Virus record (IMG/VR): IMGVR_UViG_3300002092_000007
Location: 1 to 42,439 of that record
Source: a virus
Lineage: Duplodnaviria; Caudoviricetes
Direction: 5' to 3' (one strand)
DNA length: 42,439 bases
A program made the position numbers and the translations under genes. This document shows positions 8,644-16,796 of the stretch, piece after piece. Within the stretch, counting starts at the first letter, position 1, and each line of letters begins with the position of its first letter. The notes beneath the pieces are model-generated. The model was not told the DNA's origin. It saw nothing but the letters and a program-made list of their open reading frames with translations, and searched no databases.

Positions 8644-8722
8644 AAGCCAGAAAGTCCTGGAGAATAGACTTAGAAAGATGATTTCACTTAGCCCTAGCAT
8701 TAATTTGTTAGGGTTGAGTTTT
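8644..8722 (+). ncRNA. Candidate ~80-nt small RNA
   Basis: No ORF between the consensus promoter and a 14-bp terminator stem. Confidence 0.45.
8686..8722 (+). terminator. Intrinsic terminator
   Basis: ACTTAGCCCTAGCA/TGTTAGGGTTGAGT stem with three G-U pairs on the plus strand, followed by Ts. Confidence 0.7.
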
Positions 8723-9122
8723 ATATAATACCTCTAAATTTTTCAATAATTGTTTTTTCTCTATGACAATTCGGGCATAAAACTTGCATGTTTTCAATAT
8801 CTTTCTCTTTTATATATGTAGAATGAGGTAGTTTATTAGTATTTCTTCTTAAAGGTATTATATGGTCAATATCAAAGAAAGAGTACTCTCCTGGCCTATT
8901 TAAACCACATTTTGTACAGGTAAAATTTGATTTATCAATAACTTTTTTTCTCGTGGATTTTCCATGTAGTAAATCCAATTTTACTTTATCGCACTCACGA
9001 CAAGAACTAGTTAAACCACCAGACTGTGTTTTAGAAGTTCTAAAATTTTCTATGTTTAAGTCAAATATATTTTTACAAATATAACATTTTCTTTTTCCAA
9101 TTTTTATTAAATGTTTACCCAT
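8721..9122 (-). CDS. HNH endonuclease with N-terminal zinc finger
   Basis: CYIC/CREC, CTKC, DIDHIIP, NMQVLCPNCHREKT; ATG start MGKH at 9122. Confidence 0.9.
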   Translation of the reverse strand: MGKHLIKIGKRKCYICKNIFDLNIENFRTSKTQSGGLTSSCRECDKVKLDLLHGKSTRKKVIDKSNFTCTKCGLNRPGEYSFFDIDHIIPLRRNTNKLPHSTYIKEKDIENMQVLCPNCHREKTIIEKFRGII

Positions 9123-9132
9123 TATATGTACC

Positions 9133-9222
9133 AAAAAAGGCCACACGCTTAGCAGGATGTGGCCATCTTTGGTGCTAAGCTATTAATACAACTATTATAA
9201 CATATTTATAACTAAAAATCAA
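9133..9222 (-). promoter_or_regulatory. Promoter plus pseudoknotted terminator/attenuator leader of the HNH gene
   Basis: TTGATT-17-TATAAT (9222-9194); stem GGCCACA/TGTGGCC plus U6; loop 9147-9154 complementary to 9173-9180. Confidence 0.7.
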
Positions 9223-9335
9223 TACAACAAATCCCCTATCAACCAAGGGGATTTTATCGTTTAATCTTAGGAAAGAGTTTCAGTCTTGAACCCCGATTAA
9301 GTATCTATTATATCAGAATGAGTTAAAAAAGTAAA
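9222..9335 (-). ncRNA. Promoter plus candidate ~75-nt small RNA ending in a hairpin
   Basis: TTTACT-17-TATAAT (9335-9307); TTAATC/GATTAA stem; AAATCCCCT/AGGGGATTT hairpin at 9229-9254. Confidence 0.45.
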
Positions 9336-9551
9336 TCATTCTCACACCGACTCTCCGCAATTGAAGAATGGTCTGACGACTCATTGGATTGTCCATTGAA
9401 GGACTGAATCGGTGTGGCAGAGTTCCGTTTACGGGCTATTTCAATATAAACATTATCTGCATAGGTCTATATCTAGTCTCCTTGAGCTTCAATTCAGGAG
9501 ACTTGTATTAAAAATCTACTTAAATTATACTATACTTTAAAAAAAATGCAA
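9325..9551 (-). ncRNA. Promoter plus candidate ~190-nt structured RNA
   Basis: TTGCAT-16-TATAAT (9551-9524); hairpin 9475-9503; 11-bp closing stem 9343-9353/9406-9416 enclosing further stems; no convincing ORF. Confidence 0.55.
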
Positions 9552-9571
9552 GTCCATATTATGTAACTTGC
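9539..9571 (-). terminator. Intrinsic terminator after the two SD-led genes
   Basis: GCAAGT...ACTTGC stem followed by a U8 tract. Confidence 0.7.
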
Positions 9572-9757
9572 TCATTTATGTCCGAAGTTAGGTTGCCCTA
9601 AATTAGGATGTTGTTTCTTGTCTCGTATGAGAGCTTCTGCAAAGATGTTAGCAGTAGCGATAAACCCTCCTTCGAGAGCTTCCTCTACTATCATTCTATC
9701 TTCGGAAGAAAAATCCCAAGCAAGCATTAGAAACCGAAGTTGATTTTTCGTCATCAT
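9572..9757 (-). CDS. Small hypothetical protein with strong SD
   Basis: GGAAAGGAGA 7 nt upstream of ATG; ATGA overlap with the upstream ORF. Confidence 0.75.
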   Translation of the reverse strand: MMTKNQLRFLMLAWDFSSEDRMIVEEALEGGFIATANIFAEALIRDKKQHPNLGQPNFGHK

Positions 9758-9978
9758 TTGCAAATCTCCTTTCCAGTTACTCTGTTTGAAAGTACATCCA
9801 AACAGAAATCTTCCACTATTTGTGGAACAATATCAGTGAGATACCAGTGTTTAAATTGGTTCACAATGAATTGTCTTGACTTAGGCGTTTCTGCATATTC
9901 ATAAGATAATCCGAAAATTCTCTCTGAACACACGCCAAGTTTTACAGCAGCAAACATTACAATGTCTACATCTTTCAT
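9754..9978 (-). CDS. Small hypothetical protein with strong SD
   Basis: GAAAGGAGA-AAT-ATG; MKDVDIVMFAAVKLGV start. Confidence 0.75.
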   Translation of the reverse strand: MKDVDIVMFAAVKLGVCSERIFGLSYEYAETPKSRQFIVNQFKHWYLTDIVPQIVEDFCLDVLSNRVTGKEICK

Positions 9979-10000
9979 ATTTCTCCTTTCAAAGAACATT

Positions 10001-10196
10001 AGGGGATTGACTACTCACTGATAATCATTAATCCCCATTAGATGCTGGAACATTCGCTTATTCAGCTCTGCCTACAGGCGACCAGATTCATCTAAATTGC
10101 GAACAATTTGCTAGGGAGGTCTTTAGACTTTATCATTGAGATTTTCTAAGCAGTCCCCAGCAAGTTGCTAACAATGTTAGCTAACTTTCTATTATA
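10001..10196 (-). promoter_or_regulatory. -10 element and ~190-nt multi-hairpin 5' leader
   Basis: TATAAT at 10196-10191; consecutive stems GCTAAC/GTTAGC, TTGCTGGGGA/TCCCTAGCAA, ATTG-TTCG-CAAT, TTAGATG/CATCTAA, GGGGATT/AATCCCC. Confidence 0.6.
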
Positions 10197-10205
10197 ATTA
10201 TACTC

Positions 10206-11012
10206 TTATTTTTTCAATAATGCAAGTGTTGATAACTTTTGTTTCAATAGAACTATAAGTTGTTTCATTAAATCTATAAGAGAGTTTTGTAATTTAGTTA
10301 CATCTGTAGTTCCAATAAAATACATCGCACCTGTGTTTCTATGAGTTAAGAAATCTTCTGTGATAAATCTTACTCCGTCTGGTGAACTCCACTGTCCACT
10401 TGAATCTTCGCAAACTAAAGTCTTTACCCCATTTCGTAAAGTGAAGTCTACTGCACAAATAGCGTGTCCCCATTCTATTGGTTGACCATTATAAACTGGA
10501 GTTTGATTTGGTTGATTATATTCTTGTGAGTTTGATTCAACCGTAATGACACATTGTCCGTATGCTTGAATAGCTTGTGCGATTTCTTCGATGTTTTTAG
10601 GAGTGCAGAACTTATAACCTAAAGCCGCAACTGTAGTATTTAAAGGTCTTATCTTGTTCATTGTGGTTTCACTTTGAAATTGTGAGGGTTCGTCTTTCTC
10701 TAAAGCACAATGTTTGTTTTTAAATATGTCTCCTGCGTTTTGAATCCAAGCACCTTGCTCTGGGTAATTGTTTCTCCAAAAATACTCTGATGCAGAAATT
10801 TGCACACCTTCTAAAATCTCAATAGCTTTGGCACAACTCTGAAAGACACAACTTGAACTTCCGTTTTGATTACGTTGTAGGTATCTTTTGTATGTAGGTT
10901 TTTCTATCCAAGTTACTGGAAGTCCTGCATAATAAAAATTATGTTGATGGTCTTTTGCTTTTTCTTCTTCGCTACGAGTGTCTTTTGCTACTCCATTTTT
11001 AATTTCTTCCAT
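10206..11012 (-). CDS. Papain-like (C1/C39-type) cysteine peptidase, putative endolysin
   Basis: QNGSSSCV catalytic Cys, WGHAICAV catalytic His, EDSSG; follows a holin-like gene at the end of the late operon. Confidence 0.8.
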   Translation of the reverse strand: MEEIKNGVAKDTRSEEEKAKDHQHNFYYAGLPVTWIEKPTYKRYLQRNQNGSSSCVFQSCAKAIEILEGVQISASEYFWRNNYPEQGAWIQNAGDIFKNKHCALEKDEPSQFQSETTMNKIRPLNTTVAALGYKFCTPKNIEEIAQAIQAYGQCVITVESNSQEYNQPNQTPVYNGQPIEWGHAICAVDFTLRNGVKTLVCEDSSGQWSSPDGVRFITEDFLTHRNTGAMYFIGTTDVTKLQNSLIDLMKQLIVLLKQKLSTLALLKK

Positions 11013-11013
11013 A

Positions 11014-11235
11014 TTATTTAATCAAGATTAAAGACATTAAAGCCCCTACTATTAATGTTCCTACTAGAGTTCCCCCGCCTATCAATACCTTCTCTACCCA
11101 TTTTGAAGCGAATCTATCTTCAGACTTGTCTATAAATGAATCCATTTTCCTACTAAGTTCGTCAATCTTTACTTCGATGTTATCCATTTTTGTTTCAACT
11201 CTTATTAGTCTTTCTCCTTCTGATAAATCAATCAT
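11014..11235 (-). CDS. Holin-like coiled-coil protein with C-terminal TM helix
   Basis: ERLIRVETK coiled coil, FASKWVEK, hydrophobic C-terminus. Confidence 0.65.
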   Translation of the reverse strand: MIDLSEGERLIRVETKMDNIEVKIDELSRKMDSFIDKSEDRFASKWVEKVLIGGGTLVGTLIVGALMSLILIK

Positions 11236-11325
11236 CTTATGCAGGAGTTTCCTCTTTAACTTCCTCCGACTTGATTGCTTCTGATAATACTTGTGCTGAT
11301 TTCATATATTTTTATAATAATTATC

Positions 11326-13989
11326 TTATAAAAGTGCAGGAATAATTTTCGTATTATTGTCTGCGTCTGTTAATGTTGCTCCTGCACTTCCTGCCACTGT
11401 GTGAATGTTTAATGGCTCGTCCCATGCACTAGCTGGACTTGCAAATGTTTTGGTATATCCAAGTGGTAAGGCATTTGTCCAAGAAGCAAGTGTTGAAGTA
11501 TCAACAGAAATACCTGATGGAAGTCCCACCAATACTTCACCAAGGTAAACATAAGCGTTTGTTCCTGTTGCGTCTGTTGAACAGTTGAGTTCAATTTGAA
11601 TATCCTGTCGTGTCGTGGTTGGTGTGAAGACTACTTGTAACTGTTGGTCGTTAGTATTACCTGCGGCTACATTTGAAACCACTGTCGTTCCATCATAGGT
11701 TACTTTAAGAGTTGGTTTAACATGTACACCAGCGTAAAAAGCTGCGTTGTTTATCTTTACACGCAAAGTTACTGTTACTGTCTTGTTCTGTACGTTACCA
11801 ATTGTTGTAACCCCTCCGTTATCTTGGTACGCGAGTAGGTTTGTAGTACCGCTATATGGTGCAAGTCTCATTCCGAATTGACCAGCGGAAGCTGCACCAA
11901 AGGCTGTGCCAGTCCATACTGTAGTATCAGCAAGTCCATATCCTGTATGGGTGATTGTTCCTTCTTGCTGTAACAGTCTGTCGTTGTTTAGTATTTGGTT
12001 TTCTGATACGAAAGCGGTTTTTGAACCACTTACAATACCAGTGTTTAGGATAGAGCTTGTTATAGTTCCTTTATAGTTATAGTACGTCATTTGAACAAGA
12101 GTGTTGTAGTACTGGTATACATCAGTTTGATTTGCAGTTGATTGTCCGAAACTATCTCCTGTAGAATAACAACCAAAGTCATATCCTGATTGTTGAATAC
12201 CAACAAGATTATTACTAAATGTGTTGTCTCCCCAATCAGTAATAAAGAATGAAGCGTTCATTACAACTGCACCTGTTCCAGAAGAACCTCCTCCGTTGTG
12301 ACCCCAGAATCTATTTCTCCTGAATGTAGATTTAACTCCAGAAATTCTAACAAAAGTTTGTGAATTAGCACCTTCATGTTTATTGTCTACATAAGTCCAG
12401 TATCCTCCTAGGGCATTTGCTCCACTTCCGTTTACGTCAATGTTTAAGTAAATACAATTTTGTACAATAAAAGGACCTTGTCCATTTCCTGTAAATAGAG
12501 TACCGAATCCACCCATTTTTACATGGTTGACATTGTTGAATCTAAATCCTAGTTTTGGTGGGTTTATTCCTTGTCCAGCTCCATCTGTAGGGACAAGTAA
12601 TGCTGCAAAAGAGTTAGATAATGAAAGAGCAGAACAGTGATAAAAACCATGTTCTATATCAGTACCAATTCTTTGAGTGGTACTTGGCACTCCCTCGGTG
12701 GCAAGAATATAAGTGTTTTCTAATTGACAACCTTGAACTACGATATTAGCAAATCTAATTGTACGTTGTCCTGTACCTGAAGCATTTGTTGAGTTCATTT
12801 TGAAACCATATCCATTCAAACGAACAACACTTGCACCTTCACCTGTTGTTGCATTGTATGCACGAGCATAAGCCAAGTTCCCTGTAAATGTAATCGAAGT
12901 ACCTGAAATAGATTGGATAGTATATACAGTAGTATCCAATGCTCCTTTAGCAACATGTTCTCCAATAAATACAGTATCCCCTATATTCCAACCAGTTGTG
13001 TCTTTTACGGTGATTGTAGGCTGACCTGCTGCTGCGGCAGCTGCTAGTTCTGTATCTTCGTAAGCTGGAATTTCTCCGTAAATAAACAAGTTAAATCCAG
13101 TTTGACTGTTTTGCCTCATTCCTGTGAAACCAGATGATACGTTTGAGGTGTTTGTTCCTACTACCGCAGCGTTCCATTCTATGTTTCCCATAGAAGCGAT
13201 AGGAATGGGTACACCAGATGTTCCTGCTCTAAATCCTCCTGCTTCTGGCATTATGATAAATCCGTTACATACCACTTTATATGAAGAAACTGGGGTCGGA
13301 CTCCACATCAATTTACATACTGTTGAAATATCTCGTGTGTCATTTGAACATACCCAACCAGCAATAGAGTTTACAGTATCACTAGCTTGTAAAGCACCTG
13401 CCAAAGTCACTGCTGCATTTAGGTACAAAGTATCCATAGCAATAAATTGGTCTTGGTTGCTTGTGAATGTAACTTGGTTATCACACCATGCAGCGTATGA
13501 GGGTACTCCAGTAGTTACCATTTTCAAGTTCCATGTACCAGTTCCTGCTGCGGAAGTTATCGAGAAACGCCATATACCCGCTGCGTTAGTTACGGCATAA
13601 GGTGTAGCAAAACGAAAAGGTTTTATAAATCCATTGAATGTTGAATAGAGTTCAATGGTATTTGCTGTAAAGTTATACGAAGCTGAAATTTCAAGGTTAG
13701 TTAAAGTTTTTGTTGCTCTATCTGTCCATGTTGTACCTCCGACAAGCTCTTGAAGGACTACAGTCACTGAACGAGCCACTGTTGAGTCTGTTGGAATAAG
13801 TGGAAGAATAATACCTTTACAGTTTCCTGCGTTGGCAAATGTTACAGGAATAGTATAAGCACTTGTTGAGAGAGCCTGAACCGTTGAAGAAAAAGCAGAC
13901 AAGTTTCCTGCTTCGACACGGTAAAGACCATTAGCTTGTGTAATGTTTCCGTTGTAGTTCGGGTTTGTGTTATCCGATATTACTATCAT
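11326..13989 (-). CDS. Tail spike/fibre, probable receptor-binding protein with beta-helix region
   Basis: 887 aa, G/T/N/S-rich, beta-helix-like periodicity in the middle; position at the end of the structural module. Confidence 0.7.
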   Translation of the reverse strand: MIVISDNTNPNYNGNITQANGLYRVEAGNLSAFSSTVQALSTSAYTIPVTFANAGNCKGIILPLIPTDSTVARSVTVVLQELVGGTTWTDRATKTLTNLEISASYNFTANTIELYSTFNGFIKPFRFATPYAVTNAAGIWRFSITSAAGTGTWNLKMVTTGVPSYAAWCDNQVTFTSNQDQFIAMDTLYLNAAVTLAGALQASDTVNSIAGWVCSNDTRDISTVCKLMWSPTPVSSYKVVCNGFIIMPEAGGFRAGTSGVPIPIASMGNIEWNAAVVGTNTSNVSSGFTGMRQNSQTGFNLFIYGEIPAYEDTELAAAAAAGQPTITVKDTTGWNIGDTVFIGEHVAKGALDTTVYTIQSISGTSITFTGNLAYARAYNATTGEGASVVRLNGYGFKMNSTNASGTGQRTIRFANIVVQGCQLENTYILATEGVPSTTQRIGTDIEHGFYHCSALSLSNSFAALLVPTDGAGQGINPPKLGFRFNNVNHVKMGGFGTLFTGNGQGPFIVQNCIYLNIDVNGSGANALGGYWTYVDNKHEGANSQTFVRISGVKSTFRRNRFWGHNGGGSSGTGAVVMNASFFITDWGDNTFSNNLVGIQQSGYDFGCYSTGDSFGQSTANQTDVYQYYNTLVQMTYYNYKGTITSSILNTGIVSGSKTAFVSENQILNNDRLLQQEGTITHTGYGLADTTVWTGTAFGAASAGQFGMRLAPYSGTTNLLAYQDNGGVTTIGNVQNKTVTVTLRVKINNAAFYAGVHVKPTLKVTYDGTTVVSNVAAGNTNDQQLQVVFTPTTTRQDIQIELNCSTDATGTNAYVYLGEVLVGLPSGISVDTSTLASWTNALPLGYTKTFASPASAWDEPLNIHTVAGSAGATLTDADNNTKIIPALL

Positions 13990-14227
13990 CTTGTGTAGGT
14001 ATTAGTTGTTCTGATAATGTATCGAATTGATTTTGTATCTCTATTTTTCTTTCATCAAAAAATGTCGCTCTATCCTGTAAGGTTTTGAAAATGGTTGACA
14101 ATGAAGTTGACAATGGAAAGCGGAAAGACTCTTCTGTGTATTGGTCGTCTGTAGTAAAGCCAGCGAAGACAATGACGGTGGTGTCATTTTCTTGGACTGT
14201 GTTGGTGATTTGGAAGGTGGTGTTCAT
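13970..14227 (-). CDS. Small tail-associated hypothetical protein
   Basis: Overlaps the tail spike start. Confidence 0.65.
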   Translation of the reverse strand: MNTTFQITNTVQENDTTVIVFAGFTTDDQYTEESFRFPLSTSLSTIFKTLQDRATFFDERKIEIQNQFDTLSEQLIPTQDDSNIG

Positions 14228-14234
14228 ATGTTTA

Positions 14235-14783
14235 TTATACTACTGTTAAAAATTCTTGTAATTGTTCTTTGGTATTGTTTCTGTTGCCATATTTATGGTG
14301 AAATTCCTTATGTGCCTTTTTAGATAAAGTAATTCCATTTTCTATAGATGTTCTTAGTTCAGGATAAAAAGCAAAATTATGTATATGATGAACAACTAAT
14401 TTACCTCCTTTTTCTCCAGTTTTTTGGCAAGTAAAGTTATCACGTTCCATACACGCCTTACGCCAAAGTTTCAACTCTGAAGAATTTCTTATTCTTCTAT
14501 TTTCTGGAGTTATGCCACCTTTCCAAGATTTATTTCTACCTTCTAAAATTCCTTTTAATATTGAATCTCTTTGTTTTCGTTTATGTTCTTCAGAGAATGT
14601 CTTACCCAACCAAGGTTTGTTTGGGTGTTCAGTCATAAATTGACTTCTCTTTTGATTAGATTCTTTTGATTGTTTTAACCCTAAACAAAATTTCTTTCCA
14701 ACTAAATCAGGTCGTTTTTTACCCAGTTTAGCTAGACTCATTTTCTTTTTAGTTTCTTCTGTCATTTTAAATCCTTTTTTCAT
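14235..14783 (-). CDS. NUMOD3-type HNH homing endonuclease
   Basis: TEETKKKMS and SEEHKRKQ NUMOD3 motifs, WKGGIT, RDNFTCQ, HHI...NGITL...H; ATG start MKKGFK. Confidence 0.9.
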   Translation of the reverse strand: MKKGFKMTEETKKKMSLAKLGKKRPDLVGKKFCLGLKQSKESNQKRSQFMTEHPNKPWLGKTFSEEHKRKQRDSILKGILEGRNKSWKGGITPENRRIRNSSELKLWRKACMERDNFTCQKTGEKGGKLVVHHIHNFAFYPELRTSIENGITLSKKAHKEFHHKYGNRNNTKEQLQEFLTVV

Positions 14784-14793
14784 ATATGGTGTA

Positions 14794-15219
14794 TTATACA
14801 ACACTAAGACTTGTTAATACTCCTCCTGTATACACAGCAGTTTTTGTAATCGTCGCTCCACCTGCTGGATACTGAACAACAAGTTGGTGAAATGTTCCAT
14901 CTCCGTTATAAGTGATAGTTTTTGTCGTACCATCAGCATAAGATATACCTGTAAGTTTACTAGAAGTATATGAAAAAGTGGGGGCATCTTTAATAGTAAT
15001 AGGAACAGGACTAACAATTTTTGCGTAGGGTGTGAGGTCAGAAGCTACTACTGTTCCCACACTCCAACTCCTATCTGCTGTAAGGTCATAGGTAGTGCCG
15101 TTGATGGTGAGGGTGCGAGAGGTGGGGGTGTAGGTAGATGAATCCACACTTCCGTCTGCTTTAAGGAATTGAGAAGAAGTACCACCTGTTTTTATGAAAG
15201 AGTTACTTGACACTGTCAA
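14794..15219 (-). CDS. Tail-fibre-like protein fragment (start uncertain)
   Basis: GGTSSQFLKADGSVDS and RTLTINGTTYDLTADRSWS fibre motifs; only a TTG start. Confidence 0.6.
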   Translation of the reverse strand: MTVSSNSFIKTGGTSSQFLKADGSVDSSTYTPTSRTLTINGTTYDLTADRSWSVGTVVASDLTPYAKIVSPVPITIKDAPTFSYTSSKLTGISYADGTTKTITYNGDGTFHQLVVQYPAGGATITKTAVYTGGVLTSLSVV

Positions 15220-15298
15220 TAAGACTATCTTCTACATAGTCTTCGCCACCAAGGCGTTTATAGAGTGAGATTAATTGTTTCTTTTTAGAGGTCTTCAT
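15203..15298 (-). CDS. 31-aa ORF, probable true N-terminus of the out-of-frame fibre-like gene
   Basis: ATG overlaps the end of the ATP-grasp gene; MKTSKKKQLISLYKRLGGEDYVEDSLIDSVK. Confidence 0.45.
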   Translation of the reverse strand: MKTSKKKQLISLYKRLGGEDYVEDSLIDSVK

Positions 15299-16796
15299 AG
15301 AGGACTTTTTTTATTTCCTCTCTGATAGCTTTCTTGAACTCTTCGTTTTCTTTCTGGAGTTGCTCAATAGCTACAGAGTGTTCTTCGTTTATCTTGTCTA
15401 ATTTCATTTTAAACTTCTCTTCATTTCTAGCATCATCTTTGAACTCTGGAGCTTCTATATACTTATGATTGATTTCATTGAAACGATGAATAATGGAAGT
15501 AGGGTAGACTTCTTTGAAGTCAGCCTTAGTTCGTGTATAGGCTTCTTTAAAAACAAACTTATCTTTGTTATTATAACACAAATCTATCGCTTTAGCAATA
15601 TCATTATCTGAAGCTGTAATGACACCAAGGTCCCAATCATTTCCTATAGAAACAATCTCTCCATCTTTACCCTTGACTTCATAGAACCAAACGTGTTCTT
15701 CTATACCTTCAATTCCTACTCTAACTTCGTGTGATTTATTTAAATTAAACACTCTAATACCAGCACCAAATCTTTTCTTTAGTGGGTTCTTTCCTTCTGC
15801 AATCGAAGTGAAGTATTTACCTGCTCCTCCAGACATATCCATCTCTGTTTGACAAGCATCATATCCTAAACGATTACTACAAAATTCTCCGAAGTATAAG
15901 TTTCCTTCGTGTAAATATATTGAAATATCCCAAACGAACAAACCAACTCTAGACTTAGCCATCTCATAGATAATTGGGGGGAAAGCAATCTTGTTTATTT
16001 TCTCATCCAAGTCTGTAGAGATGATTAAGTTTGTTCCACATCCTACTTGATTACCATTATTATTTGAATCTCCCAGATTCTTTGTTTCAATATCAACATC
16101 TGTAAATACAGGTTCTCCATTAAAGAAAACAATCTGTGGTGTAAACTCCACTGGGTTGATTAACTTAGTTTTAAGAATAAGACCACCTTTATCATAAAGA
16201 GCTTTGTTCTTTTCTATCTGTCCAATGATTTGAGCTGTAGCTTGTTCTTCTTCATCTGATGTAGGAACAACTGTTGAAACATAGTCTCCTTTAGATTGAA
16301 CAACATATACTCCTGGGTTTGCTTCTAGGAATCTTATTGCTTCATCTGATTTAGAGAACTCATTAAAAGGAATAAGTTTAATCTCAGGATAATTCTTTTT
16401 AACAAAAGCCATAGCTTCGTCTCTGTTCTTTTCAAATTCAAAATCACTTTTCAAAGGAAATAGTCCTTTGGTGAAACCTGCTTTGATTAGAATTTCAGCG
16501 TAGAACCAAAGAGAGTTTTTGTCACAAAAAACGAAGTAGTTTTCTTTGTCTTCCACTTTAATAAGTGCCTTGACAAGTTTCTTTGCGGGGACAATCTTGA
16601 ACATATTTTGGTATTGAGAAAGTCTCATCTCTTTGACCTTTGGGTCTTCAGGAGAGTCTCCATTCTTTAGTTCAGAAACGTCTTGGATTTGTCCTATAGT
16701 CACATCGAATCCTTCTCTATGTAGTCCAAAACCAACAGAAAATCCATCCCAACCTTGCGATAAAATTATGAATTTTAACTTGCTTTTTTCTGACAT
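15285..16796 (-). CDS. ATP-grasp ligase, PurD (GAR synthetase)-like, with C-terminal coiled coil
   Basis: EKNRDEAM, DIETKNLGDSNNNGNQVGCG (cf. PurD GPNTGGMG), YFGEFCSNRLGYD (cf. PurD EFNxRxGD). Confidence 0.75.
   Translation of the reverse strand: MSEKSKLKFIILSQGWDGFSVGFGLHREGFDVTIGQIQDVSELKNGDSPEDPKVKEMRLSQYQNMFKIVPAKKLVKALIKVEDKENYFVFCDKNSLWFYAEILIKAGFTKGLFPLKSDFEFEKNRDEAMAFVKKNYPEIKLIPFNEFSKSDEAIRFLEANPGVYVVQSKGDYVSTVVPTSDEEEQATAQIIGQIEKNKALYDKGGLILKTKLINPVEFTPQIVFFNGEPVFTDVDIETKNLGDSNNNGNQVGCGTNLIISTDLDEKINKIAFPPIIYEMAKSRVGLFVWDISIYLHEGNLYFGEFCSNRLGYDACQTEMDMSGGAGKYFTSIAEGKNPLKKRFGAGIRVFNLNKSHEVRVGIEGIEEHVWFYEVKGKDGEIVSIGNDWDLGVITASDNDIAKAIDLCYNNKDKFVFKEAYTRTKADFKEVYPTSIIHRFNEINHKYIEAPEFKDDARNEEKFKMKLDKINEEHSVAIEQLQKENEEFKKAIREEIKKVLYEDL

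Noticed and set aside
9343-9416. tRNA-like cloverleaf
   Set aside because: No T-loop or D-loop consensus and wrong stem lengths; kept only as a generic structured RNA.
15285-16796. Calling the gene purD as an auxiliary metabolic gene
   Set aside because: Substrate loop diverges, context is structural and no other pur genes are present.
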